NCBI GenBank assembly: GCA_035284925.1
Contig: JAYKGZ010000107.1
Span: 18,134-82,133 of the forward strand
DNA from: Cyanobacteriota bacterium
Lineage (GTDB): Bacteria; Cyanobacteriota; Cyanobacteriia; PCC-6307; Cyanobiaceae
Reading direction: 5' to 3'
DNA: 64,000 nt
Shown: piece after piece, positions 9,564-16,470 of the stretch
Layout: the number at the start of each line of letters is the position of its first letter
Numbering within the stretch: the first letter of the stretch is position 1
Program-made: the position numbers and the translations under genes
The notes under the pieces: model-generated
The model's input: only the letters and a program-made list of their open reading frames with translations
Databases searched by the model: none
What the model was told of the DNA's origin: nothing

Positions 9564-9785
9564 TCAGCCCTCTGGGTTCACAAAGGGAAGCAACGCAACG
9601 ATGCGTGCTCGCTTCACCGCATTGGTGAGGTCGCGCTGTTGCTTCGCCGTAAGACCCGTAAGCCGACGAGGCAGAATCTTGCCGCGTTCCGTGATGAACT
9701 TCTTGAGCAGATCGACATCCTTGTAGTCGATCGGCTCACCAGGCTTGATCGGAGAAAGACGCTTTTTGAAGAAAGAGCTGGACAT
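9564..9785 (-). CDS. rpsR: 30S ribosomal protein S18
   Basis: 73 aa: ...[50 protein letters not shown]. Confidence 0.95.
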   Translation of the reverse strand: MSSSFFKKRLSPIKPGEPIDYKDVDLLKKFITERGKILPRRLTGLTAKQQRDLTNAVKRARIVALLPFVNPEG

Positions 9786-9806
9786 GGGGAACGGTGGAAA
9801 AGAGCT

Positions 9807-9822
9807 GCCTCCCGATGGAGGC
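9807..9822 (-). other. perfect 6-bp GC-rich hairpin in the rpmG-rpsR spacer
   Basis: GCCTCC-cgat-GGAGGC read directly in the 80-nt spacer. Function unknown; it could be a processing or stability element. Confidence 0.35.
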
Positions 9823-9865
9823 TCGATTCAATGAAGTGCCGGGACTGAAGACCCCGTAGCCAGCC

Positions 9866-10060
9866 TCACTTGATCTCCTTGTGGATCGTGGATTGGTTGC
9901 AGTGGGGGCAGAACTTCTTCAGTTCCATCCGTTCGGTGGTGTTGCGGCGGTTTTTTTCCGTGGTGTAGCGAGACACACCCGGAGACCGCTTGGCGGGATT
10001 GGACCGGCACTCTGTGCACTCGAGAGTGATGACGAGCCGGACGCCCTTGTTCTTGGCCAT
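9866..10060 (-). CDS. rpmG: 50S ribosomal protein L33
   Basis: 64 aa. Zinc-ribbon type with CTEC...CPHC: [21 protein letters not shown]...[34 protein letters not shown]. Confidence 0.95.
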   Translation of the reverse strand: MAKNKGVRLVITLECTECRSNPAKRSPGVSRYTTEKNRRNTTERMELKKFCPHCNQSTIHKEIK

Positions 10061-10140
10061 GGTGAAAGGACGTTGCGCCGCGTGGGCGATTCTGTAGACA
10101 AGGGCCCACCCTACCGCTTCGGGGTAACGACGTCCTTCCG
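10061..10140. promoter_or_regulatory. structured leader candidate in the rpmG/pheT divergent spacer
   Basis: A 10-bp stem (10066-10075 with 10128-10137) encloses a 6-bp stem (GTGGGC 10082-10087 with GCCCAC 10104-10109). It also encloses a hairpin at 10112-10126 whose loop reads UUCG on the plus-strand RNA. On the minus-strand RNA the outer stem ends 5 nt before the rpmG ATG. Confidence 0.25.
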
Positions 10141-10175
10141 ATCCTTAGGATCCGAGCTGATCACGGCGATAACTG

Positions 10176-12617
10176 ATGCGGGTCTCGCTCCAATGGCTGC
10201 GGGAGCTGGTGTCCGCTGAACCTGAAAGCTTCAGCGTCCTCAGCCTGGCAGAGCGCCTCTCGATCGCTGGGTTCGAGGTGGATGCGGTGCACGACCTCAG
10301 CGCCCAGGCCGCGGGGGTGGTGGTTGGGCTGGTCCTCGAGCGAAAACCCCATCCGAACGCTGACAAACTCGGTGTCTGTCGGGTGGATGTGGGTGGCCCC
10401 GAGCCTCTTCAGATCGTCTGCGGAGCGGGCAATGTCCGCCAGGGCATCCACGTGCCGGTTGCCCTGGTCGGCACCTGTCTGCCGGCACTGAACCTCACGA
10501 TCAAGCCGGCGGAGCTCCGCGGTGTGCCCAGCAACGGCATGATCTGCTCATTGACCGAGCTTGGCCTCCCTGCAGAGGAGGAAGGTATCGCGATTCTGGA
10601 TTCCCTTCTCGAGGAAGTCCCACCGCTGGGCAGCCCGGTTGGTCCGCTGCTGGGACTGGACGACCAGGTGTTGGAGCTCGCGATCACCGCCAACCGCCCC
10701 GATGGCCTCTCCATGGCAGGCATCGCCCGGGAAGTGGCGGCGATCGTGGGAGGTTGCACCACCCTGCCGATCAGCCCGGAGGCGATCACCCCAAGCGCCC
10801 TACCGGCCGAGCCCGACTCCCTTGCTCTGATGGAGCAGGGCGGGATCTTCAGCGTCACCGAACTGACGGGCCTGGCCGTGGGCCCATCCCCCCGCTGGCT
10901 GCAGCAGAGGCTGGAGAAAGCCGGGATCCGGCCGATCAACAACGTGGTCGACATCACCAACCTGGTGATGCTCGAAACCGGTCAGCCCCTGCATGGCTTC
11001 GACAGGGAACGCCTCGCAGCCCCTGATTCAGGGCCTGCCGATCCGGCAGCGATCGGATTGCGCTATGGCCGTGAGGGCGAAACCCTGGTGACGCTTGACG
11101 GTGTGACCCGCAACGTCGGTTCCGAAGCCCTGCTGGTGACCTACGGAGATCGGCCGGTGGCCCTGGCTGGTGTGATGGGAGGGGTTGCGGAGGCGGTCGT
11201 CAGCACCACCACCACGATCTGGCTGGAGGCCGCCGTCTTTCCCTCCACGGCAGTCCGTCGGACAGCCCGTTCCGTCGGGCTGCGCACCGAGGCGAGCAGT
11301 CGCTTTGAAAAGGGACTGCCACCGGAGGCCACCCTGGCGGCATCGGATCGGGCTGTGGCCCTGTTCCAGGAGCTCTGCGGAGCGACGGTGACGAACCGAT
11401 GGCAGAGGCAACGGCAGACCGGCGACCGGCTGCCCCTGCCTCTGCGTCGGGATGCCCTCCACAACCTGCTCGGTCCGGTGCTCGTGGATGGGGAACCCCA
11501 CGACCTCAGTGATGCCCAGGTGGTGGGCACCCTTGAGGCGATCGGGTGTCACTTAGTCGCTGACAACAACGGCTGGCTGGTGGAGGTGCCCCCATCCCGG
11601 GCTGTTGATCTCCAGCGAGAGGTGGATCTGATCGAAGAAGTCGCCCGGCTCGTTGGCTACGACCGTTTCAGCTGTCACCTGCCTGATCCGATCGAACCGG
11701 GTGGACTGACCGCTGAACAACACGTGGAACGCCGGCTGCGGCGAGCCCTTGTGGCAGCTGGCCTCCAGGAAGCCTCCTGCTTCTCCCTTGTGAGAGCGAG
11801 CCAGGATCGCCTTGCGCTAGCCAACCCGCTACTGGCCGATTACGGCCATCTCCGTGATGATCTCCATACGGAACTTCTTTCAGCCGCCCGACGCAATCTT
11901 CAGAGTGGTTCCGAAGGCTTCTGGGCCTTCGAAATCGGAGCTGTTTTCCCGTGCGCAGATGCCGGAGCCTCAAGGTTGCAGCTCGCAGGGGTGGTCTGTG
12001 GCGATCGGCGGGCCGAGTTGTGGAGCAACCACGGCAAGATCCAGGCGCCTGATTACTTTCGGGCCCGCGGGTTGCTCCAGCAGGCACTCGACTCGCTGAA
12101 CATCCCCACCGAAGACAGGCCGCTCCTGCAGCACCCCCTGCTTCACCCCGGCCGCGCGGCCAGCCTTGCCGTGGAAGGCCGATCTGCGGGCTGGTTCGGT
12201 CAGCTTCACCCCTCTCAGTGTGAAGACCTCGATCTGCCGCCCGCCACCTATCTGTTTCAGCTGGAGATGAGCGAGCTCCTGGCTGCCGCCACGCGCCGTG
12301 CCCGCTGGACCCCGGTGTTTGCACCCTACGCCACGGTTCCGGCCTCCGAACGCGATCTGGCCCTTCTCGTGCCGCTTGATACAGCTGCCGCCAGCTTGCT
12401 GGGCCTGATTCGCAAGGCCGGACGTCCCCTGCTGGAACGGGCCCAGCTGCTGGATCGCTACAGCGGGGAGGAACTCGGCGAGGGGCGGTGCGGGCTGGCC
12501 TTTCGCCTGAGGTTCCGGGATCCGACCCGAACACTCACCGATCAGGACGTGGAGGCGGCCTTCACCAGGATTCTTACCGCACTGGAGAAGCAGCCCGGCA
12601 TTCAACAGCGCGCCTGA
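10176..12617 (+). CDS. pheT: phenylalanine--tRNA ligase beta subunit
   Basis: 813 aa. Canonical N-terminus MRVSLQWLRELV, a tRNA-binding OB domain (KLGVCRVDVG...QIVCGA.NV), then B3/4, B5 and a C-terminal anticodon-binding domain. Confidence 0.95.
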   Translation: MRVSLQWLRELVSAEPESFSVLSLAERLSIAGFEVDAVHDLSAQAAGVVVGLVLERKPHPNADKLGVCRVDVGGPEPLQIVCGAGNVRQGIHVPVALVGTCLPALNLTIKPAELRGVPSNGMICSLTELGLPAEEEGIAILDSLLEEVPPLGSPVGPLLGLDDQVLELAITANRPDGLSMAGIAREVAAIVGGCTTLPISPEAITPSALPAEPDSLALMEQGGIFSVTELTGLAVGPSPRWLQQRLEKAGIRPINNVVDITNLVMLETGQPLHGFDRERLAAPDSGPADPAAIGLRYGREGETLVTLDGVTRNVGSEALLVTYGDRPVALAGVMGGVAEAVVSTTTTIWLEAAVFPSTAVRRTARSVGLRTEASSRFEKGLPPEATLAASDRAVALFQELCGATVTNRWQRQRQTGDRLPLPLRRDALHNLLGPVLVDGEPHDLSDAQVVGTLEAIGCHLVADNNGWLVEVPPSRAVDLQREVDLIEEVARLVGYDRFSCHLPDPIEPGGLTAEQHVERRLRRALVAAGLQEASCFSLVRASQDRLALANPLLADYGHLRDDLHTELLSAARRNLQSGSEGFWAFEIGAVFPCADAGASRLQLAGVVCGDRRAELWSNHGKIQAPDYFRARGLLQQALDSLNIPTEDRPLLQHPLLHPGRAASLAVEGRSAGWFGQLHPSQCEDLDLPPATYLFQLEMSELLAAATRRARWTPVFAPYATVPASERDLALLVPLDTAAASLLGLIRKAGRPLLERAQLLDRYSGEELGEGRCGLAFRLRFRDPTRTLTDQDVEAAFTRILTALEKQPGIQQRA

Positions 12618-12620
12618 TTT

Positions 12621-13985
12621 TCAGCCTGAACGCCGCAGCACAACCAGGGTCTCCACATGGGAGGTGTGGGGAAAAAAATCAAAGGGTTGCACCAGCACCA
12701 GGCTGAAAGGCCCAGAACCCACCAGTTCCTTCAGGTCCCTGGCCAGACTGGCCGGGTCGCAGCTGAGATAAGCCAGTGTCCGGGGTGGATGCTGGAGAAC
12801 TGTCTGGATCACCGCCTGAGCCAGGCCGCGACGCGGCGGATCAACAAACAACAGGTCGGCCCTGGGAAGGCTTTCAGCCAGGCCCTCAGCCACATCACAG
12901 CTTCTGAACCGGCATCGATCCGAAAGCCCGTTATCCCGGGCGTTCTGCTGAGCCAGGTTCACCGCCCGGTGACTGACTTCCAGGCCCAGAACGTCCCATC
13001 CGGCAGCAGCCATCGGAAGGCTATAGGTGCCTTGGCCGCAATAGGCATCAATGGCGAATCCAGCGGGCTGGGCCTGCTCGAGCTCCCTGAGCAGAAAGGG
13101 CACCACACGCTCGGCCTGTTCCGTGAAGACCTGAAAGAACGCGTCCGCCGCAATCCTGTAAGTGAGATTGGCAAATTCTTCGTTGACATACCCGCGGCCA
13201 GCCACAACCCTGGTTTCGGAACCCATCAACAGGTTCGTGGCCAGGGGCTGCAGGTTGAGACAGACACCCACCAGAGCTGGCCATCGCTCCAACCAGACCC
13301 GGGCCAGCTCCGCCAGACCCGGGAGTGCGGCGTGGCTGCTGATCAGTGTGATCAGCAACTCCCCGGTTCGGACACCGAGTCTCAGGCTGAGGTGACGAAG
13401 ACCGCCACCATGCCGGCAGTCCCGATCGATGGGCCAGTCGGTCGCGGCCAGGTCAGCCTTGATCGGCGCCACAAGCGCATCGAGGCGGTCATCGAGAACC
13501 GGACAATGGTTGAGGTTCACGATCTGATGGCTGTTGCGGCGGTAATAACCGCAGCGCACTCTGCCGAGTGGGTCCCGCTCCAGGGGAATGATCGCCCGAT
13601 TGCGATACCCGAGGCCGTTCGGTGCCCCAATCATCGACTCCACAGCAGGGCTGATTCCGGCCAGACGCTCCAGGGCATCAATCACGGAGCGGCGTTTCCA
13701 GTGCTCCTGTGCTTTTTGCTGAAGGTGCTGGAGGGAACATCCACCGCAGCGGCTGGCCAGGATGCAGGGCTCCCTCTGGCGATAAGGGCTGGCCTGATCG
13801 ATCCGGTCCAGACGGGCTGACCAGTGATGTCGAACGCGACGCAGCACAAGGGCCAGAACCCGTTCGCCAGGAAGGGCGCCCGGCACAAAGACCACGGCCG
13901 CTCCGCAGCGCCCGATCCCCTGGCCGTCATGGCTGAGGTCGGTGATCTCAACCTGGCAGCGCTCACCGACCGCCACTTCTGTCAT
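12621..13985 (-). CDS. rlmD: 23S rRNA (uracil-C5)-methyltransferase, RlmD/RumA family
   Basis: 454 aa. N-terminal TRAM domain, an Fe-S Cys cluster CILASRCGGCSLQH (C-x5-C-x2-C), and a C-terminal SAM-methyltransferase fold (DAYCGQGT, FVDPPRRG, YLSCDP). Confidence 0.7.
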   Translation of the reverse strand: MTEVAVGERCQVEITDLSHDGQGIGRCGAAVVFVPGALPGERVLALVLRRVRHHWSARLDRIDQASPYRQREPCILASRCGGCSLQHLQQKAQEHWKRRSVIDALERLAGISPAVESMIGAPNGLGYRNRAIIPLERDPLGRVRCGYYRRNSHQIVNLNHCPVLDDRLDALVAPIKADLAATDWPIDRDCRHGGGLRHLSLRLGVRTGELLITLISSHAALPGLAELARVWLERWPALVGVCLNLQPLATNLLMGSETRVVAGRGYVNEEFANLTYRIAADAFFQVFTEQAERVVPFLLRELEQAQPAGFAIDAYCGQGTYSLPMAAAGWDVLGLEVSHRAVNLAQQNARDNGLSDRCRFRSCDVAEGLAESLPRADLLFVDPPRRGLAQAVIQTVLQHPPRTLAYLSCDPASLARDLKELVGSGPFSLVLVQPFDFFPHTSHVETLVVLRRSG

Positions 13986-14110
13986 GGCACTCCGAAGCCT
14001 GATCCGCCAGATTCAGACCCTAGGCGTGCAAAGGGCCATTACACCCTGGTCCACTCCGCGAAGAATGGCGGCCGCAGCCGATAAAATCGTCCCTGCGTCT
14101 GGCCGCTGCG

Positions 14111-14605
14111 ATGAGCGTCGTTCGGGATCTGATTCTTCAGGCCGATGATCAACTCCGCTATCCCACTGGCGGAGAACTCCGATCCATGGTGGAGTTCCTC
14201 ACCACTGGGGCTGAGCGCCTGGCAGTGGTGCGGGTACTCACCGAAAACGAAAAGAAGATCGTCGACGAGGCCGCCAAGCAGCTCTTCGCCCGGAAGCCCG
14301 ACTACGTGGCTCCCGGTGGCAATGCCTACGGGCAGAAGCAGCGTGCCCAGTGCCTGCGGGATTACAGCTGGTATCTGCGGCTCGTCACCTACGGCGTGCT
14401 GGCCGGCAGCACCGAACTGATCCAGCAGATCGGTCTTCTCGGTGCTCGCGAGATGTACAACAGCCTGGGTGTACCGATGCCAGGGATGGTTGAGGCCATG
14501 CGCACCATGAAGGAAGCGGCTCTCAGCCTTCTGAGCACTGAGCAGGCCGCCACGGCCGCCCCCTATTTCAATTTTCTGATCCAGGGGATGCAGACACCCT
14601 GCTGA
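14111..14605 (+). CDS. apcD: allophycocyanin alpha-B subunit
   Basis: 164 aa. [18 protein letters not shown]...[32 protein letters not shown]...[16 protein letters not shown]. It has the bilin-binding Cys in the (A/Q)CLRD motif and the ApcD-type N-terminus. Confidence 0.8.
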   Translation: MSVVRDLILQADDQLRYPTGGELRSMVEFLTTGAERLAVVRVLTENEKKIVDEAAKQLFARKPDYVAPGGNAYGQKQRAQCLRDYSWYLRLVTYGVLAGSTELIQQIGLLGAREMYNSLGVPMPGMVEAMRTMKEAALSLLSTEQAATAAPYFNFLIQGMQTPC

Positions 14606-14648
14606 TGGGTGGAACCTCCTGGCCAGCGCAATCGGCTAACAACCACTC

Positions 14649-14674
14649 AGGCGGTCGCTGACCGCCTTTTTTTG
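14649..14674 (+). terminator. rho-independent terminator of apcD
   Basis: GGCGGTC-gct-GACCGCC followed by TTTTTTT, 45 nt after the apcD stop. Confidence 0.8.
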
Positions 14675-15351
14675 TGAGCAGCCGCAGCCCGGCAGTCATG
14701 CCGCTCAGTGGTCTCACATAAGACGTGTGCCGGGTCCAGATCCGCTTCTTAGCTGAGCTTCCTAAGACGTCTCAAGGTACCGCTATGGGACCCAGCGTGC
14801 GTCCCGTTCTGGGACCCGGATGGGCCTCCCGCAACACAGAGTTTCGCCCTGCTTCACCGCTGCGGACCCGAGGACTCATTCAAAAAACTGGCCTTGAAGA
14901 GTCGGTCGATTCCGGATCGAGATCGGTCCCTGAGCCCCGATTCACCCGCGTACCTGCGTAAGACACAGATACGCAAACCCTAGAAGCCTCTTGAAATCGA
15001 GCTTCTTGGCCGTGCTTCTGGCTCTGGACATGGCCAGGGACACAGGGGTTCCCAGGCGTTGGGCGGGAACGGGAGGCGGGTGATCAGCAGAGTTGTACTC
15101 ATGCGCGGGAAATGAAATCGACGAAAATTTTAAATCTCATTTGTCCCATGCAAGACGCGCTGCTGGATGCGATATGCGTCTCAGGCTAGATGCATGCGAT
15201 CAAGAAAGTGGGGGACGCAGGACGCCAGTGAGCAGAAGCAGGGCGGCAACAGCTCAGAGCTGTTCGGCCATCCCGGCTGAGACTCTTTTAGAGTCCTGTA
15301 ATGCGACTCAGATTAGCAGCCCTGGAAAGGCTGCTGTCCCTGGTTGCTGCA
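14675..15351. other. gene-free, hairpin-rich spacer between convergent genes (candidate sRNA locus)
   Basis: No credible ORF in my six-frame hand translation. Perfect stems at 15248-15264, 15281-15295 and 15315-15335. AT-rich island at 15093-15160. See findings. Confidence 0.3.
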
Positions 15352-16470
15352 TCAGGGCTGCGGGGCCGAACCAGCCGCGGGGGTCGCTGCGGCTGCAGGC
15401 CGATACAACTCCTTCAACAGCTGATAGGCCTCATTGACCCGACGCATCGCCTCGGTTGAGCCACCGCTGTCTGGATGGACATCGATTGCAACCTGGCGGT
15501 AGGCGTCCTTGATCTCCCTGAGACTCAGCCGGTGTCCTGGAGCTGTTGGCAGCTGAAGCAATTTCAGGGCCCCATGCAGCGTCATCGTGTGCTCCAGGGT
15601 CTGGAATGAGGTGCCACGGCGACGTCGTCGGAAGCGATGGACAAAGCGCCGAATCAGCGAGGGCATTCGCACATCGAGGGTGGCCCCACTGAAAGGATCT
15701 TCCAGCAGACCGGCCACCACCATCACCCGCTCAAAGCTCGCGGCACCTTCACTGAACGATGGTGCGAACCCTCGCACCACGCTCACGGCCAGAGACCAGG
15801 TGAAGGGACGGCCCTCATTCTGATCACACTGAGGCCAGATGTCCTGGGCCAGCCAGATCATCGCGGCCTCCAGAACGGCTTCATGGGGGTGAGTGCCATA
15901 GAGCTCTAGCCAGTGCGCCAGGGCCACGTCCAGACATCGCTGCAGGTCGAGGCTGGACACCAGGGGCAGCACGTCCGGTTCCTGGCTCTGAGTTCGAGGC
16001 TGGAGGCTCCGTTTCAGCTGAATCGACTGGCGGCGAACAAAGCCCGGCAGGTCGATACCTCCCTTCACCCGTTCCGTAGGGCGATCGGAACCGGCCTCTG
16101 AATCCCCGGCACTGTGCTGGGCGGAAAGAGATGTGCTCTGTTCAGGGTCTTCCACCAGCACCAGAGCACACTGGTCATCAAAGCCACTGGCCTCGGCCAC
16201 GGCCACCGCCTCCAGCTCGGCCTCCTCCTCTGCCTCGCTCGGATGGCTGCTGCCATCAGACAGCACCGTCTGCAGAAGTCTTGAAAACAGATCGCCACGG
16301 CTTCGCAGACCCCACTCCGCCTTGAGTTGATCAACCCGCTCCAGAAGATCTTCCGGAAGCTCAAGACTGATGCGCCGGCGTCGGCCTGAATCCTCCACAG
16401 GGCCCGCCTCAGTTTTCCTGAAGGCCTCGGATCCTTTGCTGCTGCGCTTCAACGGTCGGTTGGTAGCCAT
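15352..16470 (-). CDS. J-domain protein with an N-terminal ribbon-helix-helix-like motif
   Basis: 372 aa. The C-terminal J domain carries HPD (LREIKDAYRQVAIDVHPDSGGSTEAMRRVNEAYQLLKELY). The N-terminal RRRISLELPEDLLERVDQLKAEWGLRSRGDLFSRLLQTVL matches the CopG/Arc RHH pattern. ATG 16470 overlaps the upstream gene by 62 nt. The alternative GTG at 16398 removes the overlap. Confidence 0.7.
   Translation of the reverse strand: MATNRPLKRSSKGSEAFRKTEAGPVEDSGRRRRISLELPEDLLERVDQLKAEWGLRSRGDLFSRLLQTVLSDGSSHPSEAEEEAELEAVAVAEASGFDDQCALVLVEDPEQSTSLSAQHSAGDSEAGSDRPTERVKGGIDLPGFVRRQSIQLKRSLQPRTQSQEPDVLPLVSSLDLQRCLDVALAHWLELYGTHPHEAVLEAAMIWLAQDIWPQCDQNEGRPFTWSLAVSVVRGFAPSFSEGAASFERVMVVAGLLEDPFSGATLDVRMPSLIRRFVHRFRRRRRGTSFQTLEHTMTLHGALKLLQLPTAPGHRLSLREIKDAYRQVAIDVHPDSGGSTEAMRRVNEAYQLLKELYRPAAAATPAAGSAPQP

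Noticed and set aside
14904-14913. GGTCGATTCC, reminiscent of a tRNA/tmRNA T-arm (GGTTCGATTCC).
   Set aside because: One T is missing, the flanking stem is only 4 bp, and there is no acceptor stem, D-arm, anticodon arm or CCA context on either strand. I also found no tmRNA tag frame and no RNase P, SRP or 6S signature motifs nearby.
14725-15437. Track ORFs 14725-14961 (78 aa) and 15093-15437 (114 aa) in the gene-free gap.
   Set aside because: Arg/Ser/Pro-rich with no family resemblance. The second runs antisense into the J-domain gene. I treat the region as non-coding.
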